Shown: positions 10,775 through 22,497 of the stretch, piece by piece
Layout: each line of letters begins with the position of its first letter
How positions within the stretch are numbered: position 1 is the first letter of the stretch
Assembly: GCA_963796965.1 (NCBI GenBank)
Contig: CAWCNS010000005.1
Coordinates: 416,001 to 480,000 of the forward strand
From: Calditrichia bacterium
GTDB lineage: Bacteria; Calditrichota; Calditrichia; JAJRVZ01
Direction: 5' to 3'
Length of the DNA: 64,000 nucleotides
Translations under genes and position numbers: made by a program
The notes under the pieces: generated by a model
Told to the model about the DNA's origin: nothing
Seen by the model: the letters and a program-made list of their open reading frames with translations, nothing else
The model's database searches: none

Positions 10775-13036
10775 ATGACGATTATAAGAAGAATTATTAT
10801 AGTATTTACACTTATTGGACTCCCCTACGCGCTGCTCTCCCAGGATACCGAGGTTGAACCAAATAATACCAGAGAGAACGCTAATAGTATTTCTTTAGAT
10901 GGTGTAACAAAAATTAGCGCTGCCTTTTCACCGGCAGGAGATCTCGATTATTTTGATATGGAATGGCAAACCGATCATATGTATTATTTAACCAGCATTG
11001 AGAATGATGAGGGAATTGCCCCCAATATCGAGTTGTACTTCGATGCTGCCCCAGACAATATCCTCACCAGCAATGTGGGCGGGCGTAATGGTAATAATAA
11101 TTTTCGACTCTCGGGCTATGTACCGGATTATTCCGGTACCTTTTATGCGAAAATATTTGATCAAAACAATGCATCGGGTGGTTATAAAATACGTTTGGCC
11201 GGGGGAAGAGGCCCACAGGAATTGATGACCCATGAACCGGATGGGAGCATTGCTTTTGCATCCGGATCAGAATTTCTGGCAAAAGAAGATACGATATATG
11301 GCGCCCTTTACCCGAAAAATGATATTGATTATTATAAAGTTTCAGCTGAAGCCGGAGAGCGTTTTGAAATTATGACCCTTCCCATTCTGGACCTTGATGT
11401 GCGGGATACCGATACCTATTTAATGTTATTTGATTCATTCGGGAATCTAATTCTTGAGAATGATGATGTGGGAACCGTACAGACACCAAGTGGTCCAGTA
11501 AACTCTACCTTTTCCAGGATGATCGGGGCTTTTCCAACTACTGACACCTATTATATTGCGGTAAGAAGTTATTATAATTCGAATTATGACCAAATATTGA
11601 GTGAAGCAAATCCACCGATGGGCGAATATGGACTTTATTATATATCTGAGATGCCGGATACTTCATTTGCAAGATATCCGATTATCGAATTGCCAACAAC
11701 CCAATCAGTACACATCCAATGGCGCACCACCACATTACAACCAACCCATTTAAAATGGGGTACAGATACAGATTGCCAAAATCAATATTATTAAATGCAG
11801 AGCCAAGACTTGACCATCAGGTAAAAATATCCGGCCTTGAAGCCAATCATCAATATTTCTATCGTGTTTTTGCTTCTGACAAGGATAGTACGGAAACTGA
11901 ATATTTTTATACGGCAAAACCCACATCGGTAAAAAATACTAAATTTTTTGTCATCAGTGACTCCAGTCCCTATGAAGGATTTGGGAGTACACCGGCGCAA
12001 TTAGAGGTAGCGGCACAAATCCAAAAGGTTGAATACGATTTTGGGCTTCATGCCGGCGACGTAAACCAGCATCATGGGGAAGAATATGATCTGGTATTTT
12101 TCGAGCCCTATAAAGATATCCTCGCTAATGCACCAATTTTCCCCTGTGTAGGAAACCATGATACCTATTACGACAATACCCTGACCTATCAGAATTCCTT
12201 TAACCTGCCTTACAATAATCCCGATAGTACGGAACGGTATTATTCGTTTAATTATGGTTATGCACACTTTATATCCCTGGATACCAATCTACCCTATTAT
12301 CCGGAAAGCGCCCAGCATACCTGGTTAGTGCAGGATCTGCAGTCAGAGATGCGTAGAGAGACATCATGGACATTTGTCTATTTTCATCACCCGCCCTGGA
12401 GCGAAGGCTGGCCGGGATATCCGGGTGAAGAAGCTGTCCGCGATCACCTTGTACCGCTTTTTGAGCAATATGGGGTTGATATGGTTTTTAACGGTCACAC
12501 GCATGACTATGAACGTGGTCGTTTAAATGGGGTATATTATATCATTACCGGCGGCGGCGGTGCGCCTTTAGAGAGTGGTGAACATGCCTATGATTATGAG
12601 CATGTGGATGTCTGGGTCAATCAACATTCCTTCACCTATATTGAACTCGATGATAAGACACTCACCCTGCGGGCTATTAATATAGATGGGAACTCAATTG
12701 ATTCCTTTTCTTATGATAAACAATTCACATCTATTGATCATACAGTTAAACAAACCGGCGTCGTACCGGACAAATTCGGATTAGGTCAGAATTACCCCAA
12801 TCCCTTTAATCCCGTCTACAATGATCAATTATCAATTACCAATGACGCAATGAAGTTGAAATTAATTATATACAATACATTAGGAGCAGAAAATAGTCAC
12901 ATTAGTTTCTGAAGTTCAGCAAGCCGGTCAACATCAGGTACAGTGGGATGCCTCGGATATGACGAGTGGGGTTTATTATTACCAGATCAGAGCTGGAGAA
13001 TTCGTAGAGACAAAGAAAATGGTGTTATTACAATAA
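10775..13036 (+). CDS. Secreted purple-acid-phosphatase-like metallophosphoesterase with two N-terminal PPC-like modules, FN3 and a T9SS-like CTD (frameshifted near 11790 and 12820-12900)
   Basis: Metallophosphoesterase motifs ISD, AGD, GNHD, HHPPWS, GHTHDYER; 'QNYPNPFNP'; final codons K-K-M-V-L-L-Q-stop ending at 13036. Confidence 0.8.
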
Positions 13037-13053
13037 ATAAAAATTTGAAGTTA

Positions 13054-13115
13054 TGGAGTGGTGGAGTAATGTAATATTTAATAGAATTGCATTATGCCAG
13101 TACTCCAATACTCCA
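13054..13115. repeat. Inverted repeat built of TGGAGTA-type 8-bp units
   Basis: TGGAGTGGTGGAGTAATGTAAT ... ATTGCATTA...TACTCCAATACTCCA. Confidence 0.8.
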
Positions 13116-13257
13116 AAAAATAGTCTCAATAACTGAATATGTATCAGCAAATAATAATCAATTATTATAAGCAAGAGGTATTAGTATTAAACCAGGACGG
13201 AAGACGGGGAACAATAAAATCATAAAAACCATACTTTTTATCTTATCTGTTTTTTGT

Positions 13258-16143
13258 ATGCAAATATATTCCCAGGAATTACCTTGGGGCGATGACTTCG
13301 ATAGTGGCAGCCTGGAAAGCTGGACTATTATTGATGATGAACCCTACTCATCCGGCCCCTCCAGCTGGAATATATTAAATGAAGAATTGCACCAAAATTC
13401 TAATATCTTTACAACAGAAAATGAATACAGTGTTTTTAAAGGAACCCATATCATTGCAGGAAATGACAGCTGGGAAGATTTTTATTTAAATGTGCGGATC
13501 ACCTCTACTGATGATGATGGCATAGGTATGTTATTTCGTTACCAGGATGATAAGAATTATTATCGTTTTATCACAGTGGCCGATCCTGGTAACCAGGGTC
13601 CCTTTAAACGCCTGGAGAAGCAAATAGATGGTGTTTTTTCTACCCTGGCTGAATCTACATCCGACATCTTAATTCCTGGTGATTTTATTGGAAAGATACA
13701 AGTAAAAGGTGACAGCATCTATGTATATGAAGAAGAAAGCATTTTATTTGCTGTCCAGGATACAACCTTTTCACATGGTAAAATTGGGCTGATGTGCTAT
13801 GCCAACGCTGGTGCCATTTTCGACGATGTTTACGTGAGTGAACAAGATACCCTTTTTGAAGAAAAGCCTGAAGAATTTCCAGAAATATTAACAGCGGATC
13901 GAAGTTTAACCGTACGTGGCTTCACCTATAATATCTGGGGAAACCAAATTTGCACACCTACAGAAATTGCTGAACTGATTATATCTCTCGACCTGGATTT
14001 TGCCGGATTACAGGAATGTTCTATTGCATTTGGACAAGAAGTCGCTGCGTTGACCGGGATGCATATAGCCAGTGGTGCAGATTGCATAATCCTTTCAAAA
14101 ACGCCCTACACAAAAATCAAAAATCTGCCCGTATCCGGTGTTAATGTTTGGACTAATATCGATAGCCAGACCGTATCTATATATAATTTCCATATTCCCT
14201 GGGACGAAGCCGGAGATCGTGCAGCACGAACAATGGTAGACGATCTGTTCAGTCCTGACTCAGTTCCCCTGCAAATCGCTGTAGGTGATTTTAATGATGA
14301 GCATTATAGTACCCAGATAAATATTCTGGAAGAACATATGCGATATGCGATCGCTGATTTAGGTTGGGCACCCAGCCAAAGGGTAACCTGGCCTGCTTTT
14401 GATTTCTACGGTGGTGAAGGTGCCCAAACGATTGATCTTATTTTCTGCAATAAATCCAGTAAGGGCCGACTCATTGAAGGCGAGATCATGAATCTCTCCC
14501 CATTCTTGCCGATCATAAACCGGTCTGGGGAACAGTTGAATTTCCAGCCAGAGCAAAAGAAGTAGCACCCCAGATAGACAGGATAGTGCCCTATTTGGGA
14601 TCAAACATCCTTGAAGTATGGTTTGATCAGGATGTAGATAGTATAAGCGCGGAAGATCCGGGTAATTATAAAATCACACCTCTGGATGGTGGCCATTCTG
14701 TATCGGTTATTGGAGCAAATATGGTTAGGGGCTACGACCGCCTTCAAATTCAAACTTCTAATCATCAATTTGAAAAAAAATATCAAATCTCCATTACCGG
14801 GGTAAAAGACAAATACCATCCCGCAACTACTATCAACAGCAGTGGTAAATATATTGTGTATGAAAACCTTTTGAAAAATCCCGAGGCTGAACATGGTCTG
14901 GAAGACTGGCAATCTTTTGGAGGATTTATGACTGAAAATGAACGCGAGAACCAGCTCCCTTATATGGGCAGTTCATTTTTTACCGGTCAGGATTTAGAAT
15001 CCTGTCGGTTGGTTCACAGGAAATTGACCTGAGTGCCTATGCAGATCAAATCGACAGGGGTAATATTGCTGCGGAATGGAACTGTTATTTTGCCACAGGT
15101 TATGAAGCGCTGGGAACTATCAATGCCAGTCGGTGCGAACCTTATGACGAGGGTGAGATGCTCATTGATTTTGTAGATGAATCGGGAAATATTTTATTAC
15201 AATCTAGCAGCAAACGATGGGATACACTCTTCTGGCATCCTTATGGGGAGACGAGTTTTCTTCCACCGGGAACGCGGAACGCCATCGTTCACCTTAATTC
15301 CTATCGTAAAACCGCAAATGGATATTCTAATGATGCGGCATTTGAACATGCTTTCTTTGCTCTAAAGACACTCGAAGAACCTCATCCATTTGGAAAAAAC
15401 CTTTTAATGAATCCTTCTGCTGAGACTGGTGATCTTGAGGGATGGAATGTTTCTGGATATATGCAAGCATTAGCAAACGAAGTGGAAAAAACCCGCTCCA
15501 TTTCAGGAAATTATATTTTCGCCAACAACAACGTTGGCTCCGGAAGTGCTTCCCAAAGTATTGATCTAACGGAGTATCAAGATGATATCGATGCCAGCCG
15601 GTTCTCAGTTAAATGGGGTGGTTATATGCGGGATTTTCGAGGTGATCAACCGGCAGAGATAAAGATAGAATTATTAGATCGGGGATAAAAACAGCCTGGA
15701 AACGGTATCCACGGGCATACAAAAAGTAGCCGAGTGGTGGTATTATGATAGCCTAACTGCCGTCCCCGCTGGTACATATAAAATTCAGTTTAGCTTTACC
15801 GGGCAGGCTTATTTTGACTTTCTTCATCTTATTCCTGTGGTCGCACCTATAACAGACCTTGATAAAGATGTATTTATTTTGAATAAATTTCGCCTGGAGC
15901 AAAACTATCCCAATCCCTTTAATCCTGTAACAGTGATCAATTACCAATTACCAATTACCAGTTTTGTGGAACTCAGTATATTTAACTTAATTGGCCAAAA
16001 AGTGGTGACACTTGTGAGCGAAGGTCAATCTGTTGGAAACCATCAGGTGCAGTGGGATGCAAGTGGATTTGCAGTGGTGTTTACTACTATCAACTAAAAG
16101 CCGGGAGTATCAAGAGGTAAAGAAGATGGTGCTCCTCAGATAA
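13258..16143 (+). CDS. Secreted multidomain protein: DUF1080-like beta-sandwich, endonuclease/exonuclease/phosphatase (EEP) domain, Ig-like domain, two FBA-like domains, T9SS-like CTD (several frameshifts; true start probably near 13186-13220)
   Basis: EEP motifs TYNI, LQE, GDFND, TIDLIF and (after the shift) ADHKPV; 'NLLKNPEAE' and 'NLLMNPSAETGDLEGW...SQSIDL'; CTD 'LEQNYPNPFNP' and K-K-M-V-L-L-R-stop at 16143. Confidence 0.7.
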
Positions 16144-16220
16144 ACAAGATGGAATTTGGAATCAGGAATTTGGAATTTGAGTAATGGGTGAGAGTATTAT
16201 CAATTCAGTCTATACTATAT

Positions 16221-16249
16221 GGCGACGCGATGAATCGCGTCGTTACTAC
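16221..16249 (-). repeat. REP-like palindrome with a GTAG/GTA lead
   Basis: Minus strand GTAGTAACGACGCGATTCATCGCGTCGCC; stem CGACGCGAT/ATCGCGTCG. Confidence 0.65.
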
Positions 16250-16275
16250 ATACGGCGTGCATAAAAAGAGTTTCT

Positions 16276-16396
16276 GACAGGATTAACAGGATGAAAACAT
16301 CTATTAAAATATTAAAATTATTTAATATTTTTAGCGTAATGTATGATTTTTAACATGTTATGAGAGATACAATCCTGTCAATCCTGTGATCCTGTC
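16276..16396. repeat. Inverted repeat built of ACAGGAT units
   Basis: GACAGGATTAACAGGAT ... AATCCTGTCAATCCTGTGATCCTGTC. Confidence 0.85.
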
Positions 16397-16446
16397 TAAA
16401 AGAATGAAGCGTAAAGTCAAATGAATCATAATTTTTTAAGAGGAAA

Positions 16447-18977
16447 ATGTTAATGAAGGCGAATTATATCTCTATTATTATTGCATTATTTTTTATAGGC
16501 AATTTGTCCATTGCCCAGGACGGCCTTGTCGGTCATTGGGAATTTGATGATCCGACTGATCTTACCAAAGCGACGGTAGGCACAAACCTTATACTCTCCG
16601 GAAGTCATACGGCCGTTGAAGGTCCCGCTGTACAGGATGGTGCCGTTAATATCGGGATCGGCAGCAACTATATCGTTCCGCATGGAATTGCCCCAAATGG
16701 CGGCGGAAGTAAGGTAAACGAGTTTTCCCTGGTAATGGATATAAAAATCCCGGAATATGGACCATGGTATTGCATGTATAAAACGGATTTATACTAATCC
16801 GGAAATGATGGTGAATGGTTTATAAATCCATCGGGCTACATGGGTGTAGGGCAAACAGGCTATACGCCTGATAAAATCAAACCAGGAGAATGGTATCGGA
16901 TTGCCATATCAGTACAAAATGGAACACACTATAATTATTATTATGACGGTCATCTTCTCCTAAATGGTGCTGCAGGAGAAATTGACGGACGTTTTTCGCT
17001 GAGTAGTGCATTTATTCTATTTGGAGATGAAAATGGTGAAGATGCAGCCTTGGATGTGGCGGATGTAAAACTGTATTCCCGTGCCCTCAGTAATGAGGAA
17101 ATTGCCGGTCTGGGTGGCTATAATCATAAACCGGAATCTGTAACAGAACCGGACTCGATAATCTATACCTATCTGCAAACGCCCTCGCCTACTTCTATTT
17201 TTGTTTGCTGGCACGCCTCTGCAAGTACAGAATCTATCGTTGAATATGGATTAACAGAAGCATTAGGTATGCAACAAAGTGGTGAGGCTTTCGAGTTTGA
17301 TACAACTACAATCTGGCATACAGTAAAACTAACCGACTTATCCCCCGAAACTGTCTATTATTATAAAGCCATAACAGATACGATGGAATCAGAGATCAAA
17401 AAATATAAAACACCGCCTCTTCCCGGTGACTCGACAGGCCATATCCGATTTGCCTTTGTAGGAGATAATCGAACTGAACCCGATGTATTTACCTGGGTTG
17501 TAGAAAGTATGAGAGATAAAGTGGTTGAATTATATGGTCCAGACATCGAAGAAAATCTGAATCTGGTATTAAATGTTGGTGATATTGTAACAACCGGCGG
17601 TGTTTTATCCCAATATAAACGTGAATATTTCGAGCCGATGAATTCGGTATCGGGCAATGTTCCTGTAATGGTCAGTATTGGCAATCATGAAAATGAAGCG
17701 GAACATTATTATAATTACATGAAATATGAGGAACTTGGAGGACCCGAGGGCGAAAAATACTATGCGTTTCAATACGGTAAAATTCTCTTTATTGCCATAA
17801 ATAGCAATTGGCAGCTAAGAAATGAGACACAAATCACCTGGTTGGATACCTTAATGGCAACAGCAGAGAATGATGATACAATTGATTGGGTTTTTGCTTT
17901 TTGTCATCACCCCGGCCGTAGTGAAATCTGGCCGGATGGTAATACGGCCTATGTCCAGGACAGGGTTATACCGACGCTCAACAAATACAGTAAAGCCGAT
18001 ATGCTCGTGTATGGACATTCCCATAATTATGAGAGAGGAGCGGTCCAGGACGGTAATCTGCGATTAGTCTTATCCGGAGGAGCTGGGTCAAATCTTGATC
18101 GATGGGGTATGTATGGGAATCAAGAAAATTACCCCGAGATACAACGTGCTTTTGATCATTATTGTTATACCTTAATCGATATCGATATTGCGAACAGGCA
18201 GTATCAGGCCACCAATTATAGTCTTGGACATACGGACCTGATACGTGACAATCTAATCATCGATTCATTTGCACAGAGATAAAAAGGCCCTGCCTCTTGA
18301 ACAACCCGGTTTGGTCGACCCTGTTTCCGGATCCGACGTTAAACCACCCTTTCAACTGGAAAGTGATGATTTTAGCAAAGATTACGAGATTATGAGTTCC
18401 CAATTTCAGATTACAGCCGTGCAGGGCAATTATAGCGAAATGAAAGTTAATAAAATTCGCGATTTTGAGGATCTATACGGAGATACCGGTCCCCCGGATT
18501 ATAATCCGATCGATTTAAATAAAAATATAGATTTATCAATAGTATTTAGTAACCGGTGTGGGGTTGGACGATGGAAAGTCCTATTGGTGGCGTATGCGTT
18601 ACAGAGATAAAAATCTGCAGTGGACGGAATGGTCTGAAGAACGAATGTTTACTGTTTCCTCCTCTACAGATATTGGTGAAGAGGAGAATCTGGTTATTAA
18701 AAAAACAGCCTTATATAAAAATTATCCCAATCCTTTTAATTCAAGCACAATAATGAGGTTTGATCTCAAGAAATCTGGATTTGTTAGGCTAAATATTTAT
18801 TCAATCGATGGTCAATTAGTAAAAATATTGGTAAACAATGAGATGCCTGCCGGAGAATTTAGTATTCCCTGGGATGGGAAAGACATACATAACCTTCCTC
18901 TTCCCAGTGGGACCTATATCTTTAAACTTGAAACGCCGGAATATAGTAAAAGTGAAAAGGCTGTATTGATTAAATAG
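16447..18977 (+). CDS. Secreted LamG-like + FN3 + purple-acid-phosphatase-like metallophosphoesterase with a T9SS-like CTD (three frameshifts)
   Basis: 'GLVGHWEFD' and 'DVKLYSRALSNEEI' (LamG-like); motifs VGD, VGDIV, GNHE, HHPG, GHSHNYER; 'KNYPNPFNSST...KAVLIK'. Confidence 0.8.
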
Positions 18978-19023
18978 TATCAAGTGAAACTGGAATAGAA
19001 ATTTTTTGCAGGAACAATTAAAT

Positions 19024-19106
19024 TTGGAAGTGTTAGAGTTCTGGAGTATTGCTATAAATAGGCAATACATTACTCCAGCCCTTCATTAGTCCAACAATAA
19101 CTCCAA
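19024..19106. repeat. Second TGGAGTA-type inverted repeat
   Basis: CTGGAGTATTGC ... GCAATACATTACTCCAG with degenerate outer units. Confidence 0.7.
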
Positions 19107-19199
19107 TTATACTGTGTAATATAAACGATAGTTCAACAATTCAGATTAGACCAACTTAATATGAATTGAGTGCTATTCAAAAAAAGGAGAATTTAAGAT

Positions 19200-20732
19200 A
19201 TGACTGTCCGAGGAAAAATATTATATGATAAGGCTGCAAATATTAATGACCCGTCATTAATATTAAGGGATGACTCACAACTTGGAACAGAGCCCTATGA
19301 CATCGTTATTGTCGGAGCCGGCGTGGTTGGCTGCACCTTAGCTTATAAATTATCCCAGTATCAACTAAAAATCTTATTAATAGACAAAAATCATGATGTG
19401 GGCGAAGGAACCAGCAAGGGAAATAGTGCGATTGTGCACACCGGCTTTGACGCTACTGTAGGATCATTAGAGTCACAATTGGTTACCCGGGCATCAGGGC
19501 AATGGCCAGAACTGGCAAAGAAACTCAAAATCCCCTATGATCCCTGCGGTGCCTTACTTGTAGCCTTAAATGAAGAGCAAAGTGCACAACTGGACAAAAT
19601 TTACAAAAAGGCCCTGGACAATGGCGTCAATGATGTAAAATTGCTAACGGCCGATGAGGCGCGGGATTTAGAACCTAATATTTCTTCAGATGTGTGTGGA
19701 GGTATGTTGGTTCCCAGAGAGGCCCTGGCTGATCCTTTTATGCTATCAATCGCCTGTGCAGAAGTTTCCCTGATCAACGGTGTGGATATTCTCCTCGGAT
19801 CGCCCGTCGTTGCTATCGAAAATCCCAGCGAAGAGATTAAAAAAATTGTTACGGCCAGTGGACATCGTATTTCTGTCAGGAATATTGTCAATGCGGCTGG
19901 ATTAGGTAGCCGTAAATTGGCCGATCAATATGATGGTGCTCCATTTGATATCAATCCGCGCCGCGGTCAGTTTCTTATTTATGACAAATTCAGCCGCTCT
20001 CTGACTGAACGAATTTTACTACCCATTCCAACAGCAAAAACCAAAGGTGTGCTGGTCATCCCGACCATTTTTGGCAATCTTCTCGCAGGCCCCACTGCAG
20101 AGGACTTCCCCCTGGAGGATACCTCGGCCCTGCACACAACCTCAGAAGGTCTGGAAGGGATCGCGAAACAGGTTTATGGCATGATGCCTGATCTGCAGTC
20201 GCAGGCTGTAATCGGCACCTATTCCGGTGTGCGCTGTAACTGTGAACAGGGCAGCTATATTATCAGGTACCATGATGGCCATAAGGGTATACTCTCCGTC
20301 ATCGGTATCCGGTCAACCGGATTTACATCAGCTCCCGCATTAGCCGATTATTTGATTGAGGGGATGGTTAATGAAAAAATGATAAATGTAGAACCAGATC
20401 CTGACACCAACGATTCCCGACCAGAATCAAATTGGCCAGGATGGTGGAAGAAACCTTATGATGCCAAAGACGTGCTTGAGAAGCGACCTGATTATGGAAA
20501 CATCGTTTGTTATTGCGAGCATATTTCCAGAGGTGAGATCATCGATGCTCTTAATTCACCCCTCAAACCTCGAACTCTCGATGCAATTAAGCGACGCACA
20601 AGAGTTCAGACAGGGAGATGCCAGGGATTTGACTGTCACATCCATATCGCCGAGATCATTTCTGAACATTGCGGCATCCCCTTGGAGCAGATCACCAAAC
20701 ACGACCCGGAGAGTGAACTGGTAGGTGCATAA
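19200..20732 (+). CDS. FAD-dependent oxidoreductase, glycerol-3-phosphate dehydrogenase/LhgO-like, with a C-terminal BFD-like [2Fe-2S] domain
   Basis: GAGVVG; 'TSKGNSAIVHTG'; 'PRRGQF'; 'CYCEHISRGEI...KRRTR..TGRCQGFDC'; linked to glpK. Confidence 0.85.
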   Translation: MTVRGKILYDKAANINDPSLILRDDSQLGTEPYDIVIVGAGVVGCTLAYKLSQYQLKILLIDKNHDVGEGTSKGNSAIVHTGFDATVGSLESQLVTRASGQWPELAKKLKIPYDPCGALLVALNEEQSAQLDKIYKKALDNGVNDVKLLTADEARDLEPNISSDVCGGMLVPREALADPFMLSIACAEVSLINGVDILLGSPVVAIENPSEEIKKIVTASGHRISVRNIVNAAGLGSRKLADQYDGAPFDINPRRGQFLIYDKFSRSLTERILLPIPTAKTKGVLVIPTIFGNLLAGPTAEDFPLEDTSALHTTSEGLEGIAKQVYGMMPDLQSQAVIGTYSGVRCNCEQGSYIIRYHDGHKGILSVIGIRSTGFTSAPALADYLIEGMVNEKMINVEPDPDTNDSRPESNWPGWWKKPYDAKDVLEKRPDYGNIVCYCEHISRGEIIDALNSPLKPRTLDAIKRRTRVQTGRCQGFDCHIHIAEIISEHCGIPLEQITKHDPESELVGA

Positions 20733-20781
20733 AGAGTAAGGTGTCTTTCGGGCAAATAAAAAAACGAAATCCAAACACCGT

Positions 20782-21056
20782 ATCCTCGTAGAGGATAAAT
20801 TGTTGTAATAGCATACGTAAACCAATACGTCATCCTCGTAGAGGATGAATTAGTGGTGGTATAGTACATTTATTGTATAAAATGGAGATTGTAAATTAAA
20901 AATAGAATATTGAAAAAACATTTATTATAATTTTTCGATTAATTCCCTCAAAACATGTTGACGTTTATATAATATCCCCAACTATAAATCCTCTACGAGG
21001 ATTATATGTTTGTGGGTTACGATTATTTTCTACAAAAATAAAACCTCTACGAGGTT
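20782..21056. repeat. REPIN-like element: two direct plus two inverted copies of a 15-bp palindrome
   Basis: ATCCTCGTAGAGGAT at 20782 and 20832; ATCCTCTACGAGGAT at 20988; AACCTCTACGAGGTT at 21042. Confidence 0.85.
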
Positions 21057-21147
21057 AATAATCACACTCGTTCTAACAGTATGATACTATAAATAATGAT
21101 TATATAGAGAAAAAAGGGTTTAAGATAAATAATATCTGGAGAATAAT

Positions 21148-22131
21148 ATGACCGAAAATCCATCAAAGCATGTACAGGTTGCCATCATTGGCGCAGGCCC
21201 AACCGGGATTGGCGCGGCTGTTGGATTAAAAAAACGTGGTATCGATTCTGTATTGGTGATTGAGCGACAGAATAAAATTGGTGGAATTCCTGCTCTTTAT
21301 AAGAAAAAGGCAAATGGGATTCGTACATTCGGTATTTGGACACGCGGTCGCATGCTATTTGGCGAAGAATATGTACAAATACTCCATAAGAGATTATCCA
21401 AATACAAAACAGATATTAAGACGGACAGCCTGGTTCTAGCTATTGATGTTAATGAAAAAAGACTGACAGTTGTGAATCCCACCGATGGTGTACATGATTT
21501 AACAGCCGATGCCATCATCTTTGCCTGTGGCTCCAGAGAAATGACTTTAGCCGAGCGGGGATGGATTGATGGATCCCGACCGGAAAGAATGTTTTTTACA
21601 AAACATTTGTTGGATTTAATCGACAACAATAACACTTTGCCAATAAAAAAACCTGTAATCATTGGCTCCGATCTGATCGCCTATGCTGCAGGAGCAAAAT
21701 TGGCAGCTGCAGGTGCGGCCGACTCAACAATGATTGATTTAAATAAGCGCCCCCAGTGTTCACTGCCTGAAAGGATATATTTCCGGAGATGGAATAAACC
21801 AAAATACCATGGTGCTGTAAAAGCCCTACAGGTTGTGGGCAATCAAACCCCTTCAGACGTCAATTTATCTGATGGTTCTAATATTCCCTGTGATGGCATT
21901 GTGATCAGTGGTGAGTTAGTCCCCAATAGCGAATTAGCTCTGCTGGGTAACCTGGAGGTGACCCTACCCTCCCGTAAACCGGTCATTCAAAATAAATTTC
22001 AGTTATCGGAACCGGGGTGGTTTGCCGCCGGCAACATATTAGGGGGGTTCCATGGTGCGGAATGGTGCTATTTTAATGGCCAGCGTGCAGCCCGGTCGGT
22101 TGTAAAATATCTTGCGAATTTACCAAAATAA
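21148..22131 (+). CDS. FAD/NAD(P)-dependent pyridine nucleotide-disulfide oxidoreductase (usual partner of the preceding G3P dehydrogenase-like gene)
   Basis: GAGPTG; 'IIFACGSRE'; 'PGWFAAGNIL'. Confidence 0.8.
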   Translation: MTENPSKHVQVAIIGAGPTGIGAAVGLKKRGIDSVLVIERQNKIGGIPALYKKKANGIRTFGIWTRGRMLFGEEYVQILHKRLSKYKTDIKTDSLVLAIDVNEKRLTVVNPTDGVHDLTADAIIFACGSREMTLAERGWIDGSRPERMFFTKHLLDLIDNNNTLPIKKPVIIGSDLIAYAAGAKLAAAGAADSTMIDLNKRPQCSLPERIYFRRWNKPKYHGAVKALQVVGNQTPSDVNLSDGSNIPCDGIVISGELVPNSELALLGNLEVTLPSRKPVIQNKFQLSEPGWFAAGNILGGFHGAEWCYFNGQRAARSVVKYLANLPK

Positions 22132-22185
22132 TTCGATTTGGTGTAATATTCACTGCTGAATATTTTAATGACTTGCTATTCATTG

Positions 22186-22253
22186 GTCACCCTGAACTTG
22201 TTTCAGGGTCTCAAATATTTGGATATAAGATTCCGAAACAAGTTCGGAGTGAC
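22186..22253. repeat. GTCA...TGAC double-hairpin palindromic element
   Basis: GTCACCCTGAACTTGTTTCAGGGTCTC ... AGATTCCGAAACAAGTTCGGAGTGAC. Confidence 0.8.
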
Positions 22254-22351
22254 GAAATCAAGACTGATTCATAGTGATATAATCTCCTCGATAATTGGCA
22301 GTATTGCAGAATTGGTTATTGGTACAATTATTAATATATGCATAATCTGTT

Positions 22352-22393
22352 TCCCCCTTGTCCCGAAGGGACTCCTTTGAAGGAAAAGGGGGA
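22352..22393. repeat. TCCCCCTT/AAGGGGGA palindrome enclosing two small hairpins
   Basis: TCCCCCTT-[GTCCCGAAGGGAC]-[TCCTTTGAAGGA]-AAAGGGGGA. Confidence 0.75.
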
Positions 22394-22497
22394 CAAAGAG
22401 GGATATTAGAAATTTTGCTTAAACAAAAACAATATGTCCCTTTTCGTAAAAAAAATGTTATAGTGCAACTTTTCCCTAATCATGAAAGGATAGCGAG

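Noticed and set aside
20782..21056. CRISPR array
   Set aside because: Only two direct 15-bp copies followed by inverted copies; too short, wrong arrangement and no cas genes.
22168..22380. 70-aa ORF between the oxidoreductase and eutH
   Set aside because: It is largely the translation of two palindromic repeats and has no SD or protein-like features.
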